Sequence record: DRR723986_5413
DNA: 34,124 bases
Direction: 5' to 3' (one strand)
Shown here: in pieces, positions 1 to 9,804 of the stretch
Position numbering within the stretch: position 1 is the first letter of the stretch
Layout of the letters: every line of letters begins with the position of its first letter
Program-made: the position numbers and the translations under genes
The notes under the pieces: generated by a model
What the model was told of the DNA's origin: nothing
Seen by the model: the letters and a program-made list of their open reading frames with translations, nothing else
The model's database searches: none

Positions 1-627
1 GTCGTAGAACCAGCCGGTTTTCTGGCCGCCGTGCACAGGGGCTTCGAACCGCACCCCGTTTTCTTCCAGGGCTACCCACTCCGGCACCTCCCCGTAAGCA
101 ATCTCGACCCTGTCCTCCAGGCCCTGCTCACGCCGCAGGCGACTGTCAGAGCGCAGCAGAATGCCGGCCGGCTGGAGCACATCCACCAGCGCCGCCAGCA
201 AGGGCTCCTGGTAGCGCTCGACACCGGCATTGTTGAATTGCAGCACCAGGTAGGGCCCGTAGCGATCCACCACCAGTCCCGGCAGCAGGTCGCTGTCGCC
301 GTAAACCAGCCGGTAGAACGGCTTCGGAAAACACTGGTCGCGCCCCGCCAGTGCCCGGCGCAAGGCCGCGCCAAACCATTCCCGGTCCGGCTCACGCAAG
401 TCCCGCGGAGCAAAGACCCGTGCACAGATCAGGGACTGGGGATCCATGTAGGCGCTGCCCAGCAGAGCGCCATCGCTGCCACGCACGGCCACGAGGTCGC
501 CGGCGGCGAAACCCGACAAAGGCGAGCGCTGCTTGTCGACCTCGTTGGAATAGACCCACAGGTGGCCGCCACGAAGGCGCTTTTCGGCGCCTTTCCGCAA
601 CAGTAAATCAGGGATAGGAGCGGCCAT
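1..627 (-). CDS. rlmI: Class I SAM-dependent rRNA methyltransferase, RlmI family (23S m5C1962-like); 3' end runs off the window
   Basis: Not in the ORF track. Manual translation from ATG at 627 gives MAAPIPDLLLRKGAEKRLRGGHLWVYSNEVD... (PUA-type N-terminus) and ...LEENGVRFEAPVHGGQKTGWFYD at the window edge (GQKTG[FW][FY]xD motif). Confidence 0.85.
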   Translation of the reverse strand, partial: MAAPIPDLLLRKGAEKRLRGGHLWVYSNEVDKQRSPLSGFAAGDLVAVRGSDGALLGSAYMDPQSLICARVFAPRDLREPDREWFGAALRRALAGRDQCFPKPFYRLVYGDSDLLPGLVVDRYGPYLVLQFNNAGVERYQEPLLAALVDVLQPAGILLRSDSRLRREQGLEDRVEIAYGEVPEWVALEENGVRFEAPVHGGQKTGWFYD

Positions 628-641
628 CCTGGCCGGACCGC

Positions 642-1031
642 TCAGTCGTCAGCGCAGCTGGCGGTGTAGTCCTCGGCACTGAGCAACTTGTCGAGCTCAC
701 CGGTATCGCCGGGTTGCAGGCGGAAAAACCAGCCGTCGTTATACGGATCGGAATTAACCGTTTCCGGTTCGTCTTCCAGCTGGGCGTTGACCGCGATGAC
801 CTCACCACCGATCGGGGCGTAGATATCCGAGGCGGCCTTCACCGATTCGACGACGCCGGCCTCATCGCCGGCGGCGAGGGTGTCGCCCACCGCAGGCAAC
901 TCGACAAACACGACATCCCCCAGGGCTTCCTGGGCATGGTCGGTAATCCCGATCGTGACCGTTCCGTCCTCCTCCAGCCGGGCCCATTCGTGGCTGCTGG
1001 CATACCTGAGTTCACTGGGGGTATGGCTCAT
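642..1031 (-). CDS. gcvH: Glycine cleavage system H protein
   Basis: [22 protein letters not shown], lipoyl-lysine motif [22 protein letters not shown]. Confidence 0.97.
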   Translation of the reverse strand: MSHTPSELRYASSHEWARLEEDGTVTIGITDHAQEALGDVVFVELPAVGDTLAAGDEAGVVESVKAASDIYAPIGGEVIAVNAQLEDEPETVNSDPYNDGWFFRLQPGDTGELDKLLSAEDYTASCADD

Positions 1032-1123
1032 GGAATATCCTCTGTGCTGGGGGTTGAGACGCCCGACGCCGGACGGCGCCTGTCAGGGCCACATTCTATC
1101 CGGCATCCGCGGAAAAACAATGC

Positions 1124-2359
1124 TCAGGCGGTGTGACGCGAGTCGCTCAGGCCCATGGCCCGGCGAATCAGCTGCTGCTTCAGGGGCGCCAGTCCGTTAA
1201 CGCCACGCAGGCCGACGTTGCGCAACCAGCGCAGGGGTAGTTGCTGCCCGCCGAACAGGTGCTTGAATCCATCCATGGCCGCCATCATCGCCAGGTTCTC
1301 CCCTTTGCGGCGCCGCTGATAGCGTTTCAATACCGCCAGCTCCCCGGGCGCCAGACCCCGGTCATGGGCTGCGAGCACCTCCTCTGCCAGCACCGCGACA
1401 TCCTGCAGGCCCAGGTTGATTCCCTGCCCTGCGAGCGGGTGGATAGTGTGGGCTGCGTCGGCCACCAGAGCGACCCCCGGCTGCACGTAATCGACCGCGT
1501 GGCGCTGGCGTAGCGGAAAACCGATGCGTGGTGCCGCCGCCAGGACCCGGCCGAGGGAGTTTTCCGAAGCTTCGGTGAGAGCATCGCAAAAAGCGTCGTC
1601 CGCCAAGGCCAGCAGGTCGTCCGCCAGCGCCTCGTCAATCGACCACACGATAGAGCACAAATGCCGCTGGTCATCGCCCGGCAGCGGCAGCAGGGCGAGC
1701 GGGCCCGTGGTCAGGAATCGCTGCCAGGCCGTGTCCTGATGATCGCGCTCGACCTGTACCGTGGTAACGATGGCGCGATGGCCGTAATCCCACTCGCGGG
1801 TGTTGAAATCGAACAGCGTGCGCACCCGGGACTGGGCGCCATCGGCGGCGACCAGCAAGCCGGCACTCAGCCGCTCGCCACTTTCCAGTTCGACCGCAAT
1901 CTCCCCCGTGCTGCCGGCGCTACAGTCCGCCAGGCCCGCGGGGGCGAGCACGGTGACGTCCTTCGCCGTCTGCAGGCGCCGCAACAAGGCATTAGTGATC
2001 GCCCTGTTCTCGACAATCGTGCCCAGGGAGTCCGTGCCGACCTCGGCGCAGTCGAACTCGATCCTGCCGGTTCCCTCCGCATCCCAGACGGTCATATGAC
2101 GATAGGGACAGCAGCGATAGGCGGCAATCTCGTCCCAGATACCCAGTTGTTCCAGCAGCGCAATGGAGCGCCGGGTCAGCGCGCTGACCCGCGGGTCAAA
2201 GCTGCTGACGCTGCGCTCTTCCGGTTGCGGCGCCGGCTGCAAAGGCCGGGCTTCGATCACGGCGATAGCCAGCCCGCGTCCGGCAAGTGCCAGGGCGAGC
2301 GCCGAGCCCGCGAGTCCGGCGCCGACGACAAGCACATCAAAACGGGTCGGCTCAGCCAC
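1124..2359 (-). CDS. UbiH/UbiF/VisC family FAD-dependent ubiquinone biosynthesis hydroxylase (UbiI/VisC-like)
   Basis: GAGLAG Rossmann motif, DPRVSAL, ADGAQSRVR, DAAHTIHPLAGQGINLG. Probable GTG start at 2359 overlapping the ubiH stop; the ORF-track start at 2401 is likely too long. Confidence 0.9.
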   Translation of the reverse strand: MAEPTRFDVLVVGAGLAGSALALALAGRGLAIAVIEARPLQPAPQPEERSVSSFDPRVSALTRRSIALLEQLGIWDEIAAYRCCPYRHMTVWDAEGTGRIEFDCAEVGTDSLGTIVENRAITNALLRRLQTAKDVTVLAPAGLADCSAGSTGEIAVELESGERLSAGLLVAADGAQSRVRTLFDFNTREWDYGHRAIVTTVQVERDHQDTAWQRFLTTGPLALLPLPGDDQRHLCSIVWSIDEALADDLLALADDAFCDALTEASENSLGRVLAAAPRIGFPLRQRHAVDYVQPGVALVADAAHTIHPLAGQGINLGLQDVAVLAEEVLAAHDRGLAPGELAVLKRYQRRRKGENLAMMAAMDGFKHLFGGQQLPLRWLRNVGLRGVNGLAPLKQQLIRRAMGLSDSRHTA

Positions 2360-3596
2360 GGGCGCCAACCAGGGCGGTGACACCCGCCGCCTGTTCCACA
2401 AACTGGCGCTTCAACGGTGTCACCACGTCCAGCCCCGACAGGGCCAGGTCACGAGCCAGGCCCAGCACCGGGTCCGAGCGCATGAACAGGCGCGGCAGCA
2501 AATCGCTGAGGCGAATGGTCTGCTCCTGGTCACCGAGCTGGCGCTGGCGATAGCGTTCCAGCACCGGCAGCGCACCGGGGGACTGACCGCCGGCGACCGC
2601 TTCCGCAGCAACTTCCGCCAGGGCGGCCACATCGCGCAGGGCCAGGTTAAATCCCTGTCCGGCAACCGGGTGCAGGGCATGGGCGGCATTCCCCATCACC
2701 ACGATGCCCTGGCGCACCTGTTCCTCGGCTTCCATCAATGCCAGGGGATAACTGTGGCGCTGCCCAACTTTTTTCATGCGCCCCAGGCGGTAGCCAAAGC
2801 GGGTCTGCAACGCGGCGAGGAATTCGGTCTCGTCACAGCCCAGCAGATGTTCGGCCTCGGCGGCGGGCAGGGTCCAGACCAGGGCACTGCGATGCGGCGC
2901 ACCATCGGTCGGCAGCAGCGGTAGCAGGGCCAGCGGCCCCTGGTCAGTAAAGCGTTCGAACGCGCAGCCCTCGTGGCCGCGGGCGAAGGCGACATTGGCA
3001 ATCAGCGCGACCTGGCCATAAGGCTTCTCCGCCACGCTGACCCCAAGGGAACGGCGCAAGCCCGAGCCGGCGCCGTCGGCTACCACCAGCAACCGGGCCT
3101 GGAGCTCTTCCGCTTGTGCGCCCTCCAGTGTCAGGCGCACGCCGGGCTCGGCGGCGACTGCCTCGGTCACCCGCGCGGGCGCGAGCAGTTCCACCCGAGC
3201 CTGACGCTGCAGGCAGTGCAGCAGGTAGCGTCCAAGCCAGGCGTTCTCCACCACGTAGCCAAGAGCGGGCCAGGCGTAATCGGCCGCTCGCAGCAGCGCG
3301 CTACCGAAGTGGCCGCGATTGGAAACGTGAATCGTGTCGATCGGGCAAAGCCAGCGCTCCAGGCCATCCCAGATACCCATGTCCCGATAGATACAGCGCG
3401 AGCTGAAACTGAGTGCCGTCGAGCGGGCGTCGAAGGAGGGATGGTAATCCGGCTCCTGCCCGGCGCTGCCGGTCAGGGCTACCCCCTCCACCAGGGTGAT
3501 CGAGACTGATTCCGGCAGGCACGCCGACAGCTGCAGGGCGAGGCTTAGCCCCACCATGCCGCCGCCGGCAATAACAATGTCGCGCTGCCGGGTCAT
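2352..3596 (-). CDS. ubiH: 2-octaprenyl-6-methoxyphenol hydroxylase
   Basis: GGGMVG, FDARSTALS, AFERFTDQGPLALLP, GNAAHALHPVAGQGFNLALRD; lies downstream of pepP as in the conserved operon. Confidence 0.93.
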   Translation of the reverse strand: MTRQRDIVIAGGGMVGLSLALQLSACLPESVSITLVEGVALTGSAGQEPDYHPSFDARSTALSFSSRCIYRDMGIWDGLERWLCPIDTIHVSNRGHFGSALLRAADYAWPALGYVVENAWLGRYLLHCLQRQARVELLAPARVTEAVAAEPGVRLTLEGAQAEELQARLLVVADGAGSGLRRSLGVSVAEKPYGQVALIANVAFARGHEGCAFERFTDQGPLALLPLLPTDGAPHRSALVWTLPAAEAEHLLGCDETEFLAALQTRFGYRLGRMKKVGQRHSYPLALMEAEEQVRQGIVVMGNAAHALHPVAGQGFNLALRDVAALAEVAAEAVAGGQSPGALPVLERYRQRQLGDQEQTIRLSDLLPRLFMRSDPVLGLARDLALSGLDVVTPLKRQFVEQAAGVTALVGARG

Positions 3597-3600
3597 GGCA

Positions 3601-4914
3601 TCAGGCCGCCATCAGCGCCTCAATTTCCGCCGCAGTCTTCGGCACCCCGGAGGTGAGCACGTCGCAGCCGTCGGCAGTCACCACGACATCGTCCTCGATC
3701 CGCACACCGATACCGCGCCAGCGCTTGGCAACCTTGCGGTTATCCGCGCCGATATACAGGCCGGGCTCCACCGTCAGCACCATGCCCGGCTCCAGCAGGC
3801 GCCACTGGTCATCCACCCGGTAGTCACCCACGTCGTGCACGTCCATGCCCAGCCAGTGCCCGGTGCGGTGCATGTAGAAGTCCCGGTAGGCTTCTTTCTT
3901 GATCAGGGTGGAGACCTTGCCCTTGAGCAGGCCCAGTTCCACCAGACCCTTGGTCAGGATCTTCACCGTGATGTCATGCGCCTCGTTCCAGTGCCGCCCC
4001 GGCCCGATCCTGCTGATCGCAGCCAGCTGGGCCTTCAATACCAGGTCGTAGATCGCCCGCTGCTCCTTGCTGAACCGGCCGTTGACCGGGAAGGTGCGGG
4101 TCACATCGGCCGCGTAGTGCTGGTATTCGCAGCCGGCATCGATCAGCACCAGGTCGCCATCGCGCAGGCGCTCGCTGTTGGTTACGTAGTGCAGGACACA
4201 GGCGTTGGCGCCGCTGCCGACGATGCTGGAATAGGCGGGGTATCGCGCGCCACTGAGGGCGAACTCATGCTCGATCTCCGCCTGCAACTGGTACTCGTAT
4301 TTGCCCGGTTCGGAAAAACGCATGGCACGGCAATGGGCGTCAGCGGTGATCTCTGCCGCCTTGCGCATGATCCGCAGTTCAGCAGCGCTCTTGATCAGGC
4401 GCATATCATGTAGCAAGTGATTGAGATCGGTGAACTCGCCGGGCGGCACTGCGCCAGCGGTCTGGCGGCTGCGGATATTGTTGACCCAACCCATAATGCG
4501 CTGGTCGAAGCCCGCGCTGCGACCCATCGAGTAATACACCCGTTCGCGGCCCTCGATCAGACCGGGCAGGATATCGTCGATATCACCGATGGGAAACGCA
4601 TCATCGGCTGCATAATCCTTACAGGCGCCCTCGGGCCCCGAGCGATAACCATTCCACTGCTCCAGCGTCAGATCGCGCTCCCGACAGAACAGTACGAACT
4701 GCCCGTGACGCCGCCCCGGAATCAGCACCAGCACCGCATCCGGCTCATTGAAGCCGCACAGGTAGAACAAGTCGCTGTCCTGGCGAAAGGGGAAGTCCGT
4801 GTCCCGGCTGCGCACCTGCTCCCGCGATGAGGGAATGATGGCAATACTGTTCGGCTCCATCAGCGCCATCAGGTTTTTACGGCGACGTGCAAATTCGGCT
4901 TTACTGATCTTCAT
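3601..4914 (-). CDS. pepP: Xaa-Pro aminopeptidase
   Basis: FRQDSD, LHY, LIDAGCE, DVTRTFP, HRTGHWLGMDVHDVG, TVEPGLY, GIGVRIEDD (M24B metal ligands). Confidence 0.97.
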   Translation of the reverse strand: MKISKAEFARRRKNLMALMEPNSIAIIPSSREQVRSRDTDFPFRQDSDLFYLCGFNEPDAVLVLIPGRRHGQFVLFCRERDLTLEQWNGYRSGPEGACKDYAADDAFPIGDIDDILPGLIEGRERVYYSMGRSAGFDQRIMGWVNNIRSRQTAGAVPPGEFTDLNHLLHDMRLIKSAAELRIMRKAAEITADAHCRAMRFSEPGKYEYQLQAEIEHEFALSGARYPAYSSIVGSGANACVLHYVTNSERLRDGDLVLIDAGCEYQHYAADVTRTFPVNGRFSKEQRAIYDLVLKAQLAAISRIGPGRHWNEAHDITVKILTKGLVELGLLKGKVSTLIKKEAYRDFYMHRTGHWLGMDVHDVGDYRVDDQWRLLEPGMVLTVEPGLYIGADNRKVAKRWRGIGVRIEDDVVVTADGCDVLTSGVPKTAAEIEALMAA

Positions 4915-4981
4915 GATGCGGGTTTCGCTCCAGGGGTTACGGGTTGCTGACTGCGCCAGAGATTAGCACAGCGCGCGAGGG

Positions 4982-5584
4982 CTAGTGCAGCTGCCGGTCA
5001 CCGTCCGATGACGCGGCTTCTTCGCGCTGGCCGAGGCTGTCCATGACAACGTTGAGTGCGGCGAAGCGGACATACTCCAGAATCTCGTAATAGTCTTCCT
5101 CCGAGCCCTCACCGTCCTCCTCGTCATCCAGCGCCGCCTGTGAGATAGCGGCAAAGTCCTTGATGATTTCAGCACTGTCAGCAGCCACCGAAGCACTGGT
5201 CTGCCCCGCAGTCACCTTGCCCTGGGCATAGCCGGCGAGAAAGCCGCGGCACCAACCGGCCAGGGCAAGCGTACGCTGGCCCAGCTCGACATCGTCGTCC
5301 GGGAGCAGCGGGTGGAAATCGAAGGTCTCGTCCTCCACCGCGGCAGCGGTAACCTCATACAGTTGCAACATCTGCTCCGCCAGTTCGCCATGCAGGTCAA
5401 GCCCCAGGGCCTGGTTCAGGCCGGCCAGCGCGGCCTCGGCGCTCACCCTGCCGAGGCTGCCGAGCAGCCCAACCAGGCAACCGTGCAGTTCTGAGGGCGA
5501 TACCTGCTCGCCCTGCTCCAGCAGGTGATTGGCGATTTCATCAAAGTCGAACACGCCGGGTTCGTCGGGCCGCGCTTCAAACAT
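4982..5584 (-). CDS. UPF0149 family protein (YgfB-like)
   Basis: SPSELHGCLVG, LLPDDD, LAGWCRGFLAGY, EILEYVR; conserved position upstream of pepP. Confidence 0.9.
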   Translation of the reverse strand: MFEARPDEPGVFDFDEIANHLLEQGEQVSPSELHGCLVGLLGSLGRVSAEAALAGLNQALGLDLHGELAEQMLQLYEVTAAAVEDETFDFHPLLPDDDVELGQRTLALAGWCRGFLAGYAQGKVTAGQTSASVAADSAEIIKDFAAISQAALDDEEDGEGSEEDYYEILEYVRFAALNVVMDSLGQREEAASSDGDRQLH

Positions 5585-5686
5585 TTTGCTTCCTCAGGTC
5601 GCACGGTGCCGCCCGGGCACCCGGATAATCCACGGAGGGCTTCAAGAAACCGTGGCATGCTATTGAAAATACAGGTTTTTATGGCG

Positions 5687-5715
5687 TTGACCTGCACTGG
5701 ATGCGGTTCTATAGT
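5687..5715 (+). promoter_or_regulatory. Sigma70-type promoter for the TIGR02449-zapA genes
   Basis: TTGACC (5687-5692), 17-nt spacer, TATAGT (5710-5715), ~36 nt upstream of ATG 5752. Confidence 0.7.
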
Positions 5716-5751
5716 AGAGCGCAATCCAGCCTCACTCCAAGTATAGCGCCA

Positions 5752-5961
5752 ATGGCAGATAATCCGCTCAAGGCCCTTGAGGGCAAGATCGACGAACTTA
5801 TCACGCTGTGTGCCCAGCTGAACCGCGAGAACCGCGCCCTGAAGGCGGAGAACGCAAGTTGGCAGCAGGAGCGGCGAGAGTTGCTCGAACAGAATTCCCA
5901 GGCTCGCAGCAGGGTGCAGGCGGTACTGGATCGGCTGCGCGCCATGGAGCAAGCCTCATGA
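5752..5961 (+). CDS. TIGR02449-type small coiled-coil protein (ZapB-like position)
   Basis: MADNPLKALEGKIDELITLCAQLNRENRAL...ARSRVQAVLDRLRAMEQ; heptad pattern; ATGA overlap with zapA. Confidence 0.85.
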   Translation: MADNPLKALEGKIDELITLCAQLNRENRALKAENASWQQERRELLEQNSQARSRVQAVLDRLRAMEQAS

Positions 5962-6281
5962 CTCCCCCAAACACGGTTACCGTCACTATCCTGGAGAAGG
6001 AATACCAGGTCGCCTGTCCGGAAGAGAAACAGGCAGATCTCATCGTCTCCGCAAAGTATCTGGACAAGCAGATGCGGTCGATCCGCGAAACCGGGAAGGT
6101 CATTGGCCTGGAGCGCATCGCGGTCATGGCTGCGCTGAATATCAGCTACGAATTACTGCACGCCTCCGAACCCGGTGAGCCACTGGACCTGCCGGCGGAA
6201 GGCGCCGCAGATACCTTCCGTAGCCTGAATCGCAAGGTGGACGAGGCGCTCTACCAACTCCGGCAGCTCGAACTGGGCTGA
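5958..6281 (+). CDS. zapA: Cell division protein ZapA
   Basis: VTILEKEYQVACP, LDKQMRSIR, ERIAVMAALNI; directly upstream of 6S RNA. Start at ATG 5958. Confidence 0.93.
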   Translation: MTPPNTVTVTILEKEYQVACPEEKQADLIVSAKYLDKQMRSIRETGKVIGLERIAVMAALNISYELLHASEPGEPLDLPAEGAADTFRSLNRKVDEALYQLRQLELG

Positions 6282-6332
6282 GGATTTTTCAACCGAAACG
6301 ACCGGCCACTCGGTCCCGGGCCCCAGCTACGT

Positions 6333-6338
6333 TATAAT
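6333..6338 (+). promoter_or_regulatory. -10 element of the 6S RNA promoter
   Basis: Perfect TATAAT ~7 nt before the predicted 6S 5' end; -35 poorly conserved. Confidence 0.6.
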
Positions 6339-6345
6339 GGCGCGC

Positions 6346-6525
6346 GGATCCCTGGTGTATTCGCCAGGCAGTCAGTCCTCGAGCCGATAATGTTGTACCT
6401 GGGGGCTGCCGACCACTGTTGTTGTGCAAGTCCGGTTCGACCGGGAAGCCTGATTCAGTGCGGGAGCCACCACCTTGAACCGTCGGGTTCAAGGGCAGTG
6501 CTGCCAGCGGTATACCGGGAATCCC
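6346..6525 (+). ncRNA. ssrS: 6S RNA
   Basis: ~180 nt between zapA and the 5-formyl-THF cyclo-ligase gene. 5' GGATCCCTGGTGTATTCGC pairs with 3' GCGGTATACCGGGAATCC, and the conserved CCTTGAACC...GGTTCAAGGG hairpin is present. Confidence 0.92.
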
Positions 6526-6536
6526 ACTTCACAGCC

Positions 6537-7127
6537 ATGACCAACGCCACTCCCAGCAAAGCCGAACTCAGAACCCTGCTTCGCCAGCGACGCCGGAACA
6601 TCCCCGCGCTGCAGCGCGAGCAGGCCGCCGCAGCGACCGCCGCACGGATCCGCGAACTCCCGGGTTGGCAGAGCTGCCAGCGACTTGCCCTGTACAGCCC
6701 CGCGGACGCGGAAATCGATCCGCAGCCGATCGCCCGCGCCGCCCGGGCCCGCGGGATAGCCCTGTTCCTACCGGTCATCCAGCCCGGGCGGAACCTCCTG
6801 TTCGCCCGCTGGGAGCCCGGCCAGGCGCTGCATGCCAATCACCTGGGTATCCCCGAGCCACCTGCCGATGCGGAGCGTTGCCCGGTGGACGCCATCGATA
6901 TCATGCTGCTGCCGCTGGTGGGCTGGGACCGCAGCGGCAGCCGACTCGGGATGGGTGGTGGTTTCTATGATCGTACCTTGCACAACGCGCGACCGGGACT
7001 GGTGACGGGCCTGGGCTATGCCGCGCAGGAATCACCCAGGCTGCCCCGGGAGAATTGGGATATTGGCATGGATTACGTGTTGACCGAGGAGGAGCTGGTC
7101 AGGTGCACACCGGCGGCGCCGGTTTAG
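6537..7127 (+). CDS. ygfA: 5-formyltetrahydrofolate cyclo-ligase (YgfA/Fau)
   Basis: KAELRTLLRQRR, GIPEP, PLVGWDRSGSRLGMGGGFYDRT, WDIGMD. Start ATG 6537. Confidence 0.93.
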   Translation: MTNATPSKAELRTLLRQRRRNIPALQREQAAAATAARIRELPGWQSCQRLALYSPADAEIDPQPIARAARARGIALFLPVIQPGRNLLFARWEPGQALHANHLGIPEPPADAERCPVDAIDIMLLPLVGWDRSGSRLGMGGGFYDRTLHNARPGLVTGLGYAAQESPRLPRENWDIGMDYVLTEEELVRCTPAAPV

Positions 7128-7288
7128 TCGTTGACGATAACCCCGGCGTGCAGCGCTGAGGCCGGCGCAGCCACCGTATCGCTGGAGGTCATGGGTAAAA
7201 TTAGGGTCGCCAGGACACCCAGGCCAAACAGGGCCATCAGGATAAGCAGGGCATCGGGTCTTTGCTTCACGGCAGGGCTCTCTCGCAT
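7124..7288 (-). CDS. Small hypothetical single-pass membrane protein (54 aa, or 48 aa from GTG 7270)
   Basis: Manual translation: MRESPAVKQRPDALLILMALFGLGVLATLILPMTSSDTVAAPASALHAGVIVND*. Basic N-terminus plus a hydrophobic helix, GC-rich third positions, fills the intergenic gap; below the ORF-track length cutoff. Confidence 0.65.
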   Translation of the reverse strand: MRESPAVKQRPDALLILMALFGLGVLATLILPMTSSDTVAAPASALHAGVIVND

Positions 7289-7452
7289 CAACAACCGGCG
7301 CGGTGGTCTCTGCCACTTGTGCCAGCTTCCATTTCAATTATGCAGACGCGTTTTGTGATTATGTAATTATTTCACAAACTCGCGGCGAGTCTAACCTAGA
7401 CAAAAGCTATTGCAAACCCCCAAAACCGCTAAATCACTGGGTTTAGGAGAAC

Positions 7453-8982
7453 TCAGTCGGATTTCTGGCCGAGGTAGAGCTTATAGGCGAGGTTGTCAGT
7501 CTCTTCCCAGTAGCGATAACCGATGCCATCAAGGACCTTGCGAAAGGCAACGCGCTCGCCCCGGGGCACCTGGATACCGACCAGGATCCGGCCATACGCT
7601 GAGCCGTGGTTGCGGTAGTGGAACATGGAAATATTCCAACGCTGGCCGAGCCCTGACAGGAATTTCAGCAGGGCGCCGGGGCGCTCGGGAAACTCGACCC
7701 GGTATACCGCCTCATTGCTTACGTGCTCGGGAGGCCGGCCGCCCACCATATAGCGGATGTGCAGCTTGGCCATTTCGTTATCGGTGAAATCCTCCGCCTC
7801 GTAGCCTTTCTCGCGGAGTTCCTCGAGCAGGTGCGGGAAGTCCTTACCGCCGGGGGTCACGCTGAGGCCCACAAAAACCCTGGCGGTTTCCGCATCCGTA
7901 TAACGGTAGTTGAACTCGGTGATATTGCGCCGGCCCAGGGCACTGCAGAACTCGCGGAAGCTGCCTGGCCGCTCGGGCACGGTGACACTGATAATCGCCT
8001 CCCGGTGCTCACCGATTTCGGTACGCTCCGAGATATAGCGCAAGCGGTCAAAGTTGGTATTGGCACCGCTCAGGATCGCCAGCAAGTGCTGGTCCCTGAC
8101 CCCGGTTCGCTCCACGTACTTTTTCAGGCCCGCGAGAGCCAGCGCACCGGCTGGCTCGGCGATACAGCGGGTGTCTTCGAAAATGTCCTTGATGGCGGCA
8201 CACATCTCGTCGGTGGAGGCGGTGATCACTTCATCCACCGTATCGCGGATTACCCGGAACGTTTCCTTGCCCACCTGGGCCACGGCGCAGCCGTCGGCGA
8301 ACAGCCCCACCTCGCTGAGTTTTGCCCTGCGCCCGCGCTCCAGGGCGAGCTTGAGGCAGGCCGCGTCCTCCGGCTCAACACCGATGATGCGTGTCTGGGG
8401 CCACACGTAACGCACATAGGCGGCAACGCCTGCCAGCAGACCACCACCGCCCACCGGGACAAACAGGGCATCCAGGGGTTCCTGGTGTTGGCGCACGATC
8501 TCCATGCCCACCGTACCCTGGCCGGCAATCACATCAGGATCGTCGAAGGGGTGCACGTAGGTCATGCCGTGCTGCTCAACCAGCAGTTGCGCCTGGGCGG
8601 AGGCCTCGTCGAAGGAATCACCATGCAATACGACCCGCGCTCCGCGATTGCGCACCGCGTCGACCTTGATCTGCGGTGTCGTGCGCGGCATCACGATAGT
8701 CGCCCTGACTCCCATACGCTGGGCCGCCATGGCAAGTCCCTGGGCGTGGTTGCCGGCGGACGCTGCGATCACGCCGCTCTGGCGCTGCTCCTCGGTGAGC
8801 CGGTGCATCTTGTTGTATGCGCCGCGCAACTTGAATGAGAACACCGGCTGCAGGTCCTCACGTTTCAGCCAGACGCGGTTTTCCAGCCGGCGCGACATCA
8901 ACGCGGCCTCGTCCACGGGCGTCTCGCGGGCTACATCGTAGACCCGAGCATCGAGAATGCGCTTTATATAAGACTGCGGCAT
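7453..8982 (-). CDS. ilvA: Threonine ammonia-lyase, biosynthetic
   Basis: KREDLQPVFSFKLRGAYN (PLP lysine), ASAGNHAQG, PVGGGGL, two C-terminal regulatory repeats (PERPGS, PERPGAL, FHYRNHG). Confidence 0.97.
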   Translation of the reverse strand: MPQSYIKRILDARVYDVARETPVDEAALMSRRLENRVWLKREDLQPVFSFKLRGAYNKMHRLTEEQRQSGVIAASAGNHAQGLAMAAQRMGVRATIVMPRTTPQIKVDAVRNRGARVVLHGDSFDEASAQAQLLVEQHGMTYVHPFDDPDVIAGQGTVGMEIVRQHQEPLDALFVPVGGGGLLAGVAAYVRYVWPQTRIIGVEPEDAACLKLALERGRRAKLSEVGLFADGCAVAQVGKETFRVIRDTVDEVITASTDEMCAAIKDIFEDTRCIAEPAGALALAGLKKYVERTGVRDQHLLAILSGANTNFDRLRYISERTEIGEHREAIISVTVPERPGSFREFCSALGRRNITEFNYRYTDAETARVFVGLSVTPGGKDFPHLLEELREKGYEAEDFTDNEMAKLHIRYMVGGRPPEHVSNEAVYRVEFPERPGALLKFLSGLGQRWNISMFHYRNHGSAYGRILVGIQVPRGERVAFRKVLDGIGYRYWEETDNLAYKLYLGQKSD

Positions 8983-9129
8983 GATCAGGGTTACCTGACA
9001 GCAAACGGGCCATGTTAATCAAGCCACCGCCAATTTGCAGCCCCGCAAGCGGCAGGGATTTGGGTATTTTTCGTGCCCCGCACGGGCGCCTCTCCTATAC
9101 TGGGGCGCGCACATCATCACGGAGCTCGC

Positions 9130-9804
9130 ATGACCCAGGACGAACTGAAGCAAGCAGTGGCCGACGCCGCACTGGCCTACCTGCGCCCGAAGCTGGAGAA
9201 CGATACGGTGCTGGGCATCGGCACAGGGTCAACCGCCAACCTGTTCATCGACAATCTGGCAGCAATTCGCGGCCAGATCAGCGCCACCGTCGCCAGTTCC
9301 GAAGCATCGGCGGAGCGCCTGCGCAAACACGGTATCCCGGTGTATGACCTGAATACCGTCGACCAGGTCGACTTCTACATCGACGGCGCCGATGAGACCA
9401 ACCGCGCCCTGCAACTGATCAAAGGCGGTGGCGCCGCCCTGACCCGGGAGAAGATTGTCGCCGCGGTCGCCCGGGAGTTCATTTGTATCGCCGATGAGAG
9501 CAAGCTCGTGCACACCCTTGGCGCCTTTCCGCTGCCCGTGGAAGTGATTCCCATGGCTCGCAGTCACGTCGCCCGCGAGTTGGTGAAGCTGGGTGGCGAC
9601 CCGATCTACCGGGAGGGCGTGGTAACCGACAACGGCAACGTCATTCTCGATGTGTACAATTTCAGCATTCCGCAGCCATTGGCTATGGAGCAGAAGATCA
9701 ACAACATCACCGGCGTCGTCACCAACGGCCTGTTCGCCCTCAAACCCGCAGACGTGCTGCTGCTCGGCACGGCGGATGGCGTCCAAACCCTGTTTCCGGA
9801 GTAA
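9130..9804 (+). CDS. rpiA: Ribose-5-phosphate isomerase A
   Basis: [45 protein letters not shown] before ATG 9130. Confidence 0.97.
   Translation: MTQDELKQAVADAALAYLRPKLENDTVLGIGTGSTANLFIDNLAAIRGQISATVASSEASAERLRKHGIPVYDLNTVDQVDFYIDGADETNRALQLIKGGGAALTREKIVAAVAREFICIADESKLVHTLGAFPLPVEVIPMARSHVARELVKLGGDPIYREGVVTDNGNVILDVYNFSIPQPLAMEQKINNITGVVTNGLFALKPADVLLLGTADGVQTLFPE

Noticed and set aside
31-606. 191-aa plus-strand ORF
   Set aside because: Antisense shadow of the rlmI-like gene, which has recognisable motifs on the minus strand.
6390-6536. Upstream extension of the ygfA ORF
   Set aside because: Overlaps 6S RNA; the true start is most likely ATG 6537.
7723-8838. 371-aa plus-strand ORF (and similar shadows at 3496-4413, 14459-15325, 29287-29976)
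   Set aside because: Entirely antisense to well-supported genes; no recognisable domains.
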